Shown here: one piece after another, positions 23,401 through 36,422 of the stretch
Layout: the number at the start of each line of letters is the position of its first letter
How positions within the stretch are numbered: the stretch's first letter is position 1
From: Azolla caroliniana
Lineage: Eukaryota; Plantae; Polypodiophyta
Length of the DNA stretch: 64,000 nt
Assembly: GCA_043228905.1 (NCBI GenBank)
Contig: JBHGNT010000018.1
Coordinates: 17,794,001 to 17,858,000 of the forward strand
Direction: 5' to 3'
The notes under the pieces: model-generated
Databases searched by the model: none
The model's input: the letters and a program-made list of their open reading frames with translations, nothing else
Told to the model about the DNA's origin: nothing
Translations under genes and position numbers: made by a program

Positions 23401-25986
23401 TGCCGTAACTCCCGGATTGCGTCTTTATCCGGTTCTGCTTCAACCTCTTCCGGTTGCGGTAAGTATGGTGCTACTGCTTCGGCAATGTCAATTTCGAAGA
23501 GGGGTATGATCTTTGGGTTTTCCTGCAGGTACTGAGCTTCTTCTTCGTCCGCTAACCCTTCTAGCATGTTGACGCATTCCGCATACAACGGTGTACATTC
23601 CTTGCCAGTGCTCGTCCTTGGCTGTGTTGGTACCCGTACCTTGGCTTTTCCTCGCCGGAAGGTAATTATATTTTTTTGCCAATTCTGTTTGATATGTGCC
23701 GTTTTCAACCATGGCCGCCCCAGCAATAGCGGGTATGCGCCTTGTGCCTGTAATTGTAGCACTACGGCCGAGATGTGAAATGTATGACCGCCGACGGTGA
23801 CTTCTAATTTCCGTATTAATCCTGTCAGCCGCACTGAGCTTGTATCGGCCATCCGCAACCAGAACGGACACGGCTCCCACTCGTGGATTCCTAGGGCATC
23901 ACACGTCCGGAGGCTTATTACATTCACCCCAGAGCCTCCGTCTATAACTGTGTCGGGGAGTTCTTTCCCTTTTACAATGGCAGTGATTACCGGACTGCTG
24001 GTGTCCACCACCGTTGGTCCCTCCTCCGGATTCAAGAAGAGTACCGGTGCCGGTGATGGTTCTCCTGCTGTCATGGCCATCTTCAGTCCTTCCGTGAATC
24101 TTGGCACGAGTTGTAGGAGTCTTCCTAGTGGTAACGTAATCTGGCATTCTTGCAACGCCTACCATGTCTCGTTCTCGGAGTGACTACCGCCGACAAGCCC
24201 TGCGGTGTTCTCCTTTTGCCACTGTAAGTCTGTGACATTCTGCTCGTTTGCTTTCTTTACCCATTCCGTTGCTTGTTTCCGGATGGTCTCCTGTGTCTCC
24301 CATTCTTTGGCCATGCCCTTCGACCTTGTGGTCACCTGCTACAGATCTGCCACCTCAGGGACTACCATATTTACCGCCGGTCGTTTTTCGTAGCTCTTCA
24401 TCGGGCATTGGTTACTATAATGGCCTTCCTGTCGGTAGTAGTAGTAGTAGGCCTTCCGGGTATTGCTAGATTCGGCATTGTCGGTTGTACCCGGGGCAGG
24501 TCCTGCGGTACGCGCGGGGTTTTGTACCGGTTGGCTGCTTGGAGCTCCTTGTTCCGGATCCCGGGGGTAGCCGCCTTTTTTAAAATGTTGTTTTTTGTTA
24601 TAGCTCTTCTTATTACGGTACTCTTGACGGGGTTGCCCGTTATATCTGCCGTATTCCTCCCGTTGCTGACGATACCCGGGGGAGTGCTCCCAGTTGTAAT
24701 GTTCGTATCGTCTATTGTAATCCTGGGACCGATCATGACGGTCATAGTTATCCCGCCGATCACCGTACCGGACTTCATTTTCCCGTCGATCACCATACCG
24801 GACATCCTGTGCCGGTCGGTCACGGTCCATTCGCCGCCAGCGTTCGTCTTCTTCATCCCGGCTGCTGCGTGGCTCAATTTGTCGGACGGGCGGTGCTTGC
24901 CGATTCAATAGATTATACTCGCACCTATCCGTCGTATGGCTCTTGGATTGGCAGATTACACATTGCGTCCTCATAGTGCATTCTAGAGCCGAGTGTCCGG
25001 AATTCAAGCAGGTGGTGCACTGTATTGCTTGCCGAAACCGAAGGTCTTCATCGGACGGTAACGCCCGTTGAAGTGCTCCCAGTGTGAGCCAGGAGCTTGT
25101 CTTTTCCATCTCTCTCACCCGGTCAATGACCTGGTCGATGGTACTTGTGCGGAAGTCGATTACCGTGCAAACCGTGCGTAGGGGTTCTCTAAGCGTGTTT
25201 AGGAATATAGTCCGTAATTTCTCCTCCAGGGGTGCGCGGGCAAGCTGACTATGCATCCGTTGAAACTGGATGACAAATTGGGGAATGCTCTCCCTTGCCT
25301 CTTACCGGATGGTATAAAATAAGCCTACCATTACGGTCTGGTCTTTCTCCTTTTGAAAAAAATGCAAGAATTTAGCTTTTAAATCTGCAAAGGTGTTGAT
25401 GGTAGACGGGTCCTGCGTCCGGCGCCATCTTGTTGCCGGTCCCTCCAATGTGACGCAAAATTCCGCTATCTTAGAACGTTCTTCTTCCTCCTGGGTCAAT
25501 CGCTAGGACACATGGTTGGCTTCCCATGTCTGTTCAAAGGCGTGCACATGAGCTTCCGCGTTCGGGTCGTCTCTATACTTGGAGTACTGGAACGGCATGT
25601 CGTCGTCCGGTATCGGTGCACGGGCTGGTAGTGTTGGTGCTCATTCCGGAATTTTCTCCGGCGTCGGTTTCTTTTCCTCTTCCTTTGGTGACAGAGGCCT
25701 CTCCTCTTCGACTTCCGGTGTCGGAGGTCGCTCTTCCTCTGCTGGTTCCGGGGGTTCCAGCGTTAGCACTTCCGGTTCCGGTGTCGGTAAGGTATCTGTT
25801 GCCGTCGTCCGGGTGCGATGTTTGCTGTAACCAGAGGGAGTCCTCCGCTACTCTCCGGATTACGTTGGAAAACGAGCGATCCGCTCTAATTTCCTGCGCC
25901 GCTTGCTGGAAAGCCTCGCGTCTCCTTTGCCTTTCGGCAAGGCGTCGAGTTCGATCTGTGACCAGGTCGTGCGTTGATCTAGACAT
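20401..25986 (-). pseudogene. E7 gag-pol polyprotein with a few stops and frameshifts
   Basis: Zn knuckles CTTCLNSGHSALEC and CVICQSKSHTTDRC; protease VIDGGSGVNVI; RT FLDGFNGYNQI and VFLDDFAVY; RNase H FVDASDIAI; integrase H..GGH..C..C, ISDQGGHF and RWTGPY. Confidence 0.95.
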
Positions 25987-26016
25987 CCATCCATGCCGTC
26001 GTTCGCTGCAAAAACA

Positions 26017-26033
26017 TCCCGTCGTGGTCGCCA
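26017..26033 (-). promoter_or_regulatory. E7 canonical PBS (tRNA-Arg type)
   Basis: Minus strand TGGCGACCACGACGGGA lies 7 nt after the 5' LTR. It resembles the recalled complement of plant tRNA-Arg(CCG/UCG) 3' ends. Confidence 0.75.
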
Positions 26034-26040
26034 GAAACTG

Positions 26041-26476
26041 TGTTAACTCTTAGGGCCGGACAATGGCCTAACACAAGGTGTCTACGGAAGACACTTCCCC
26101 AAAGGGTGTTACGGCAACCGGATTAGACTTCAACGCTTAATCCTACTTGATTAAGTTACTTATTATGATCGTCTTTCATAACACACGCGTAAGATATAAC
26201 AATTAAGACAGAACGGCAATTAACACAGAGAGATAACAACGCTTAAGCTTTCATTAATTAACCGCTCCTGATTACATTGTATCCGGCCTTTTAAATAGGT
26301 TTCCGGTCTGTATTACAAAACGGTGCCATCCGCACCTGTTCGGGATCGGTCCGGATCCGGAACGGCATACTGTTTCCGGTCCGTCCGTCCACACTCATAG
26401 CTTAATTACAACCACATTCCTACTACTTAAATAACTCTCCGTTTCCCACTCTGGACTCCTTTGCCGGCCGGTAACA
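26041..26476 (-). repeat. E7 5' LTR
   Basis: Direct repeat of 16756-17191; TATA-like CTATTTAAAAG on the minus strand at ~26288-26299. Confidence 0.97.
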
Positions 26477-27444
26477 TTTTGCACATGCATTTGCATGTGA
26501 AGTTCAGGGTGGCATCGACGTAGATTGGGAAGATTTTAATTGTCACCGATCAGAACATTATAAAGGGTCCTCCAATACCAACACTGGCTTGAAGTCATCG
26601 GGAACCTCTCATGTGGATATTCCGACTACAACACCTGTCCACCAAGTTCAATCTGCAAAGCTACAGGCCACAATGACTGAAAAGCATGAACTGATGATGG
26701 CCGGTTGCATAGCTTCTATGAGCTCAAGAATACAAGCACTACTTGCTGATTTGGAAGCAGTTAAATCAGTTGAGATACAGGCAGAAAAGAAATTCTCTTC
26801 AATAAAGACTACATATGAATGGATTGCATCGACAATCCAAAATTCAGAAAGTGAGGTGTTGAAAGAGGAGTTGAAGAAAGAGCTGAACAATATGGGCACT
26901 CAATTAGGATCACAGATGAGAGACCTTGATACTTGCAGAATTGCAGAATTGCACATTGTGAACTAGATAATAAATTGACAGCTTTAAAGTTGCATTCTGA
27001 GAACCTTGCGTGCTTAATGCAAGATTTAAAACGAAAAGGTTTTGAAACTTTGTGTCCATCTATAATTGAGCACCCAAGTGGTATGGAAAGTACCATTACT
27101 AGTATAGCTATATCACGGTATTGGCTTTAAAAGTTATTTATTTCTACTTTTGTGGTATAAATATCATATTAGCTAATATATTATAACTTGTGTTTGCAAT
27201 CTGCCAAGTGTATATTTTGTGGCCTCGGATTCAAGCTTGAGGCTATGGATGTTGTGATTACACCATGCTTGCACACATATCATGTGCTATGTGCTAAGTA
27301 TCATTTTGAGAAAGAAAATACATGTATGACTGTAAAACTACAGTTGCTGCTGAGTGGTACTATGCTTGGGGTTTAAAAGTACACCCATACGGTATGTGGC
27401 TGTATTATTCTATTGTTTGTATTATATGATGTCAATTTACATTT

Positions 27445-28470
27445 GGATTAGAACTAGTGAACGCCACAATTCATACTTCAAATTTAGGAAAACAATGGAT
27501 TAGTACTAGTGTAGCTCCAACAACTAATATGTGGAACCATATTTATGTGGGTTAGTATTGGTATGGGTAGTTGAACGGATATTTTCCAGAATTAGTACTA
27601 TTTGAGTAATTTGGGAACCAGGTGTGACATTGTTCAGGATTGGTACTAGTTATGTAATTTGAGCACAAGGTATGTAGTACATTGTGAACGATTAGTAATA
27701 AACCTGTAATTTGGGAATTAGGAGTGTAGAACACATATCATGATTAGTACTACTGTATGCAAAATACCAATTTAGTACTAAAGAAGGAAGTTGTTTAGAT
27801 GTATTTGTTGGATGAGTTGTTCGTCCAATCTATATTACAACTTGCCTAGTGCTAGTTTAGTACACACTATACTTGTACATTGTTGACTATTAGTACTATT
27901 TGTGTGATTTGGGAATTAGTTGTGTAGTACATTGTTCACGATTAGTACTAGTTATGTAATTTGGGAACAAGGTGTATAGTAAATTGTTGAAGATTAGTAC
28001 AGTTTCTGTAATTTGGAAATGTGGTGTGTCAAACACATATCACGTTTAGTACTAATACTGTTGAAGATTAATACTGTTGGTGTAATTAGTACTAGTTATG
28101 TAATTAGGTGTGTAGAACACATATCATGTTTAGTATTACTTGTGTGCAAAATACCATGTTAGTACTAAAGTCCAATCTACATTTGTTGGATTAGATGTTA
28201 GTTCAATCTATATTACAACGTGCCTAGTACTAGTGTTAGTACACACTATACTTGTAGTACATTGTTCACGATTAGTACTACTTGTGTAATTTCGGAACTG
28301 AGTAGTACATTGTTGACGATTAGTACTAGTTGTGTAATTTGGGAACTAAGTGAGTAGTACATTGTTCATGATTAGTACTAGTTGTGTAATTTGGGAGCTG
28401 AGTAATACATTGTTCACGATTAGTACTAGATGTGTAATATGGGAACTAGGTGTAGCCTAATGATTTAGTA
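27445..28470. repeat. Degenerate ~46-48-bp tandem array rich in TAGTACTA (intron of the E6 passenger gene)
   Basis: Repeated unit resembling acattgttcacgattagtactagttgtgtaatttgggaact. Confidence 0.8.
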
Positions 28471-31252
28471 ATGCAGTTCTTGTGACCTACATTGTATTTT
28501 AATATCACGGTACTAACGTTGAAGGTTTTTTTTGTTTCTTGCAATGAATGTTGTAGTGTCAAGCAACTCCACGCCAGGGAAGTTAATGGAACAACCAACC
28601 CCTATGCCTAAACCCTTGATATCTGCTGCACATTCCAAGGTTCAGGGACCATCATTACCAGTAACCTATGAGTTTTATGATGAAGATGAATGTATGAGAA
28701 GGGCCATTGGAGCAGTGGAACATATGCTTCTACAAACAAATTCCCCAAGCTCCGGTCAACATCAAAACAATCCAGGTAACACAAATTGAGTTAGCATATC
28801 TTAATTCTCATTTGTGTGTATGTTGAATGCCTAATGTCTTTAAAAAAGAGCCCACTAAGAAGAGGAATGTTGCAAGAAAGTTGTATGGAAAGAGCAAGAA
28901 AGGCAGAGTTGAATGCAATGGTGAGTCACATTCATGTTCTCACCTATCCGGAGAGTTGTCAACCTAATGCATTGTCTAATACCATGTACTTGTGTTACTA
29001 GCTGATGACGAAATGATCTTTGGTGAGGGAGATACGAATCCAAAACCTGATCATGAAGATGAATTTATCACACTCCCAGGTACACGTCAAAAGCCCTCTA
29101 AGAAAACAATGATTTAGATCATAACAACCCTATTATAATGGTGCTTTTGGTGCATTCTATAGATACTATTATGAAATCTTCTATTGACAATGAGCTCCAA
29201 CCTGTTGAACACTTAGATGTTGTGGACAAGATGACCGAGCCTACCATTTGCAATGGGTTGTCTACAACTGTACAGTATGACGATGTAACAATAGGTAAAA
29301 ATGTGGCTATTAACCTTATGTTCATTGTTGTTGGTATGTTTGCAAACTTTTGAGTATGTGAGTTGATACTAATATTCTCTGGAATCCCATTATTTAGGTT
29401 TACAAGAGTAGTCTGATTCCCAACTGCAATCAAATGAATCGGGAACTATATGGAGCACAAGTGCCGAGTCAGATTCTGGGATTAACCTTTACACGGAGGC
29501 AGACTTTGGGAGCACATCTTCCACACATGAGGACTGTGAAAAAAAGGAAGCATTCATATTTGAAGAGCAGTTGGCATGTACAAACAACAATTTGTCTAAA
29601 GAATCCCATGAGTGTGGAAAGAATATCGCTAGTACTGAAGAGGAGCCTGATTGTACTGAGAATGTGCTAGTAGTGTCTAAAGAATCCCATGAGTGTGGAA
29701 AGAATATCACTAGTACTGAAGAGGAGCCTGATTGTACTGAGAATGTGCTAGTAGTTTCTATAGAAGCCCATGAGGAGTGTGGAAAGAATATAACTAGTAA
29801 TGAAGAGGAGCCTGATTGTACTGAGAAAGAGCATACTAGCATCACCCATGAGGACTAGGCAATAAAGACCACCCAAGAAGGGGAGCACGGTGGTCTTAAG
29901 AATGAGGTGACTGTCACCAGCCAAGAGGAGTTCACCATGAGTACTGCTATAGTCCACATACAGGAGCCTAATTGTACTGAGAATGAGCATACTAGCAACA
30001 ACATGAGTACTAAAACAGCCCACATATAGGAGATGAGTGATAATTTGACTATCAACAGTACCTTTGTGGATGTGTGTACAAGCATTGCAGTTGCAGAAAA
30101 CACAGTTTCTCTCTCAAGCTTGCCATTGGTACAAGGTGCCCGTACATCCACACCTGTCTCTGATGCCTCTGATGATGAAGTGCCACTTAGTAAGCCAATA
30201 CCTAAAGGCTTTAAGATAAAGAAGAATGTAAAATCACAAAAAACTGGCACCAATAACAAGCGCATTACAAGATCGGGGAAATTGTGAAATGGTGCCTGAT
30301 TGTCTTTCGATTGTATTTGAACTATAGCTGAACTGTTAATGATGTCTGAACTTGAACTATTTGGTATACCAAAATACTGTCTAAATTGCTAATGTGAAAT
30401 GTTGTACTGACTCCAGTTCACTCATCTAGTGTTGTTAACGTAATGTGAAATTCTATATTGTCAATGGCAGAGAATGAGAATGTATTCTATTGTTAATTGT
30501 CATGCAACCCTGATTGTGTTGAACTACAATTGAACTGTTACCAGCGTACTGTCTAAATTGCCCCTGTGAAATGCTATGAAGATCAGACCAACCATCTAGT
30601 GTTGTAGTGTAATGTGAAATTCTATATTGCTAATTGTAGAGAATGAAAATGTATCCTATTGTCAATTGTCATGCAGCCATGATTGTGTTAATTACAAATA
30701 AAATTCTATATTGCTAATTGTAGAGAATGAGATTTTATTCTATTGTCAATTTGTCATGCAGCCATGAATGTAGTATGGAACAATTTGACATTCACATTAG
30801 TACTAAAATAAGATGTATGTATCTGTCTAACTGAGATACTTCGGGAGACTACTATGTATTAGTGAACACTTACAATTGACATTAGTACTAAACTAATATG
30901 TATATTGATACTTTCGAAGTATGGTCTCCTTGAGTGCACATAGTCAGAGTCGAATAGAGACTTAACACAATAGGGATTAGACTACTGGTATTGATAGTTG
31001 AATAAGTTTGGGCCATATTGATGCTGCTAAGTATTGAAGACTTCACACCCTAAACCATAGAAACAAGCAACTCTATAATTACCATGAACACTTACAAAAC
31101 AAGCTCAATAAATACTCTAAACACTTTAGAAGAAAGATGAAATATATCGATTCATTTGTCAATCATCAAAATTAATATATCAATACATCAAATAGTGAAC
31201 TACAAGCGGATGTTTTTCAATTGCCAACTATAATGTATTAATAGGGTAACTT

Positions 31253-34200
31253 TCAAGCATTAAACAGAGAGACCTCCCCTAATATGTGCTCATGAACCTC
31301 TTGGGGGACCTTGTAAACAGTGTTATATCCCTTAACCTTGTGCTTTGCTTGAGTCATATTGAACTTTATCGCAAGAATGGCAGCAGTGTAGATTATTGCG
31401 ATGGGTGCATCTTTTAGTAATGCATATGTGTTCTTGCACTACGGCAACTTTGCATAATAGTTTCCATACACGACAGACTCACCAACGTTGAACATGTTGC
31501 CCCAGCCATCCCTCACCACTTCTTTCAATAATGTCTTTCCTTGCTTGCACACCACAATGTAGTAGTCTTCTAAATCTTCATTTTGAGGAGATTTGAGCAC
31601 CGCAAAATGAATTCCAACTTCCAATAAAACTGCCAAGTCTTGATGTTGGTTGTAGTATACAATATCGTTTGAATGTGCATCCTCTTCAATATCATCTTGT
31701 CGTTCAAGCTCAAGCTTTTGTAGCTTCTAGGGCTCCACGATTGATAGTTTGATGCATTTATCCCAAGCTTCATCTATGCACATGGAACAAAAGCATGATA
31801 AAGTACGGAGTAACAATTGTGTTGTGTCCTTGTGGCTAAACCCTAATACACAATGGGTGCTTCGTGTGCCTTTCACGGTTTTACAACCATATGATTTAGT
31901 TCTCTCAACCTCATTAACGCGAACCTCAACAAACAATTTGTTCTTACCATCATTTGACATCTTCCATGTTAGCCACTCCACAACATCATGTGCATTTTGT
32001 AACTTAGCACCATTATTATCCAACTGCTCACTTGTAAGGGCACATTTGATCACAACCCCCGCGCCATCATGCTCTCCTTTTCCATGTCCAGACCTGAAGT
32101 AGTTCCATTGCATACGAATGTTGAATAAGGAGAAGTATCTGCTTTTGTATCCCAGGTTTCCAACAAACATTAGTACTATGTTGTCAATCGAGAGTACTAT
32201 ACATCCATTAATACTGATTTAGTACAAATACAAAACAAAGCATAGCACAACATATCCATGCAGAACACTCTACACTAATTAAAAGATCAATAGTACTATG
32301 TTGTCAACCATATGTACTTAGCATCCATTAATACTAATTTAGTACGGATACAACACAAAGCATAGCACAATGTGTTCATGGAAAACACCCTACATGTATT
32401 AAAAGATAATTAGTACAAACTCTTCAATATTGGGCAGTACTATGTTGCTAACGACGAGTACTTTACATCCATTAATACTAATTTAGTACAGATAAAACAC
32501 ACAGTACATTACAATGTGTCCATGGAGAACACAACATGGATTAAAAGATAATTAGTACAAACTCTTCAATATAGGATAGTACTGAGTACAAGACATGTAC
32601 TTTACATCCTTCAATAAATACTGATTTAGTACATATACAGCACACAGTACAATATAGTGTGTCCATGGAGAACACTAAACATGGATTAAAAGATAATTAG
32701 TACTAACTCTTAAGGACGAACAATACTATGAGTACAAGACAAGTACTTTACATCCTTCAATAAATACTGATTTAGTATAGATACAACACACAGTATAATA
32801 CAATGTGTCCATGAAGAGCACTCAACATGGACTAAAAGATACTTAGTACAAACTCTTAAGAATGGCCCATACTATGAGTACTTTACATCCTTCAATAAAT
32901 ACTGATTTAGTACAGATACAACACACAACACAGTAAAATGTGTCTATGGAAAACACTTCACATGGATTAAAAGATAATAAACACATATCCACGTGACAGG
33001 ATGGTACTATGTGATCAATCAAGAACACTTAACATAGTTACAAACATAATTAGTATGCATGCATCCATTTGAATAGTACTGTGTTTGAATAGTTACAAAC
33101 ATAATTAGTATGCGTGCACTAACACAAGACTTACTTCCTTAGACATTGCATTAAAAGTACTAAACATATGGATTAAAAATTACCTATCGATAAAGTAGAA
33201 CGATCGTGCCGCCTTAAACTGCGATGCAGCACCATCAGACCAAACCCAATGACGGTTAAAGCTAAACCCTAGAGACAATAAATCTGCATGGTGAAGCTTA
33301 AAACAATGTTGAACAAATAGTGTATCATGCTTTTTATCATCTGAAATGTAAAATATTGATTTCTTATGTAACTCACCGTCTTGTCTCCAATAGCAAATAT
33401 GTACAAGTATTGTACATTGATCATTGTACCAATGCATTGATTGAACCTCATTTTGAACTTTAAATGTATAGTTTTCTGCAAAGTCAATAACGGATACGAT
33501 GACACCCGTTGGTAAGTTATTAATACATTCCTTGAACTGTGAATTTTGCCAATAACTCCGGAATTTATGTGGAATGAACTCCCCAAGTTGTTTCCTAAAT
33601 TCTAAGACAAGGGTAGCAACACATGTCTCCTTATATACTTCCTTGATACGCTTAGTTACAAGTCCCTGGCCAATATTTTCAGTCACATACTCTAAATATT
33701 TCCATTTCACAATATGATTGTTTCCCAAATCAAGCTCCTGCCTACAAAATAATGGTAGCGGACAAACCTTACATGTTCTTAAAAGACATGTACGACGATG
33801 CCACTCACATGATGGTTCTTTTTCACAAACACAAGACCTCCATAACTCAGAAACGGATGCATAAGTCATGTTTCGTGCATTACACCTATTATCCTCCCCA
33901 TTCAATCTACAAACCTCACAAGTGCAGACACATAATTGCCCGTGTATACCCTTAGAATCAATATGCATTGCATTCACTCCAAGCCTTAACATGTCCATCT
34001 TCACATGGTACACAACATGTATTCCTCTCATTTAATTTTCTAACATAATATGGTTTCAAACCTTGGAACTTGCGGAATCCAACAGTCAAGCTTGGATGTT
34101 GATCTTTAAAGTTCATGTACAATTCAGCCTACATCAACCAATATATATAGCAAACATTAATATACACTTGGTCAAAACAAAAATTTATGGAATGTGAATT

Positions 34201-34847
34201 GATATAAAAAAATGGAATACCTCCGTCATCTCCAAGAAGTGTCTAGGGTGAATCTGGTGCTTACCCTGACTTATTCGTTGTCTACACATGTCCTTCTTAT
34301 TTGGTGAGACACGCGTATTTTTTGCCCAAAATGAATCCACTTTCTCAATAATCTCTTGAGATAAGGCATCGCATCGTCGTCTACATCCCAACCCCAGCCA
34401 CTTGAATTGGCTTGAGTGTATATTTCGGCGATGTTTCCTCAAGTTCCTTCTTTGAATACCCAGTGCTAAGGCAACTTTAGTATCACTATATTTTTTTTCT
34501 CTCGCACCGTTCACAACCATGTGTAGGGCTGCCCTCTTTGCAGCAAGTTTGTCTATGCTCTCTACACCTTTCACTAAGTCTAGGGATGACTTCATAGACT
34601 CTACAATCTCTTCTGAAACACATTGGTCCCTAAATTTTATTCTCCCCATGTCTTCATTCAAACGTTGATGGTGTAACACTCTACATATAATATCCCTACG
34701 ATCCTCTTCACCAAATCTCTTCGTTACTTCTACCAAATAACGGACTATGTGAAGAACCACTCGTCTCTTGGTCCTTTCAGATATACATGAGTTACTTGAC
34801 AACTCACTCTCGTTGGGGATCCCCATTTGGTCACTAGATTTATCCAA
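31253..34847 (-). pseudogene. Sola2-like DDD transposase (3 exons, in-frame stops)
   Basis: Motifs VIDFAENY, EVQSMHW, FYISDDKKHD, WSDGAASQFK and FRSGHGKGEHDGAG, plus Cys-rich segments. GT-AG introns at about 34220-34129 and 33183-32139 join the frames. Confidence 0.75.
32170..33000. repeat. ~115-120-bp tandem array in the transposase intron
   Basis: About 7 degenerate copies containing atactgatttagtacagatacaacac...attaaaagataattagtac. Confidence 0.8.
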
Positions 34848-35067
34848 AAAAATTAAGTTTCTTGCGAGAGTAGTTAATGTTATATAGACTACAATAAGAA
34901 ATCACAATCAAATGTTTTTAAATGCGGCTTGCAAAGTGAGAAATAATTCGTTTCGGACATTAGAATTACGGATCAAAGATGACAATTAACATTTCTTTAT
35001 TCACAAATTTCTAAAAATGAAAAAATTTGGTACTGAAAATGAAAAAATAGTTCTGAAATTTAGTACT

Positions 35068-35365
35068 AGAAAGGAACCTCCAATGGTGGAGGGAGCGTTG
35101 AATTTGTGTGATATGCCGCCTCGATTTGGTGGAAGGAACCTCCAATGGTGGAGGGAGCGTTAAATCTATGTGATATGCCGCCTCGATTTGGTGGAATGAA
35201 CCTCCGATGGTGGAAGGAGCCTTGAATCTGTGTGATATGTTGCCTCGATTTGGTGGAGGGAGCCTTGAATCTGTGTGATATGCCGCCTCGATTTGGTGGA
35301 AGGAACCTCCAATGGTGGAGGGAACCTTGAATCTGTGTGATATGCCGCCTCAATTCAATGGAAGG
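35068..35365. repeat. ~61-bp subterminal tandem array of E6
   Basis: Repeated gatatgccgcctcgatttggtggaaggaacctccaatggtggagggagc. Confidence 0.85.
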
Positions 35366-35950
35366 ATACTCGCCTCTGTGGAAAAAACCTCAAATCACCG
35401 CGAGATAAACTACAATCGGTGGAAGAAGCAAGAAAATAGTTCTCGACGAAGTCACTATTGGCTATTATAAGAGGCCTCAGAACAGTCTCTAATCCTCAAC
35501 TCAAACCCTAAAACAGAAACCCTAACAAAACAAGAAATCCTCAACCCAAAACCAGAAACCTGACATGGATGTCTGAGATATGCTCCCTAAACCCTTACAA
35601 ACCTCTTAAATTGGAGGAAAACCAAAAAACTGACATGAATGTCTGAGATGAAGAGCTCAGAGGGATAGAGGAAGAGGAGTAAGAGGAGTTGGTTTGAGGG
35701 GAAGCGCAAAAAACGACGTGAGGGGAAAATAGCCCCCAAAATGGAAAGAACATCTCCTCACGTGTTACCCCCACTCCTTGTCTTAAATGACACTTGTACT
35801 ATATTCACCCCACTCCCCAAAATCGATTTTTTTTCTCTGCTTTTTTTTCTCAATTATTTAGTACTAACAATATCGAAAGGACTGACATTTTGTGTGGCCA
35901 AAAACAGTACTTTTCTGGTACACCATAGCGTGCTTCCACCCTGCCAAAAG

Positions 35951-36422
35951 TGTTACCGATTAGGAACACGGTCTACAATCAGTCCTTTGACCTAGACCTC
36001 AAAGTGACTGCGTTGCCACGAATGGTACCGTCATATCATAATACTTAATGGGATACCTCTTGTATCCTAGTAGCATATAAGGGAGACGGCTACAACCGAA
36101 CTCCTTAGGCCGTGCACTAGTAACCACACTGTCACTCACGCCTACGCTGTTATGATTACGCTACGCCACCAAGAATCACAGACACACAATAGATTAACCA
36201 CAGATACGCGCAAGGATCAGTAGATTCAGATAGAACTCTTTAAGATACGCTTTCTGCATTCAAAATTACACGCTACCTCTATCAGAGGATTTCTGCCCTT
36301 TATAGACACAGGGTCTTTTAGCTGTTCATGCTTCCTGCGTGAACCGTTTACATGTGTTACATTTTTACTATATTCTATATTTCTACGCTCCTATCCGTCA
36401 GTTACTATTCCAGAGGACAACA
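35951..36422 (-). repeat. E3 5' LTR (472 bp)
   Basis: Matches 2393-2733, is followed by TSD AGTAT, and has a TATA-like CTATAAAG on the minus strand at ~36298-36305. Confidence 0.9.

Larger units (their letters stand above)
16756..26476 (-). mobile_element. E7 near-complete non-chromovirus Ty3/gypsy LTR retrotransposon (youngest layer)
   Basis: 436-bp LTRs at 16756-17191 and 26041-26476 (about 7 transitions). TSD TTTTG at 16751-16755 and 26477-26481. Order is gag-PR-RT-RH-INT plus an extra 3' ORF. Confidence 0.97.
16340..30287 (+). pseudogene. E6 passenger gene (N-terminal domain, coiled coil, RING finger, repetitive acidic C-terminus), split by E7
   Basis: Removing E7 and one TTTTG restores the frame NNEVGTVF|AHAFACEVQGGIDVDWEDF into ORF 26589-26966. 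RING-like CIFCGLGF...PCLHTYHVLC...C at 27206-27330. 81-bp coding repeats at 29585-29830. The exon structure downstream of the RING is uncertain. Confidence 0.6.
15275..35941 (-). mobile_element. E6 Sola2-like DNA transposon (~10.9 kb net of E7)
   Basis: 26-bp TIRs at 15275-15300 and 35916-35941 (21/26 match). TGCC is duplicated at 15271-15274 and 35942-35945. The right terminus reads 5'-GGG. It contains a DDD transposase gene. Confidence 0.75.
2393..36422 (-). mobile_element. E3 non-chromovirus Ty3/gypsy LTR retrotransposon (contains E4, E5, E6, E7); integrase core deleted
   Basis: LTRs at 2393-2733 and 35951-36422 (TGTTACC...GACAACA; about 28 substitutions in 341 aligned bp by eye). The 5-bp TSD AGTAT is at 2388-2392 and 36423-36427. 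Removing E3 rejoins E2 gag. Confidence 0.9.

Noticed and set aside
16756-26476. E7 oriented on the plus strand with all genes antisense
   Set aside because: The TATA-like box, gag-pol and a PBS are all on the minus strand, so the plus-strand PBS-like site is better read as occupying the PPT position. Not formally excluded.
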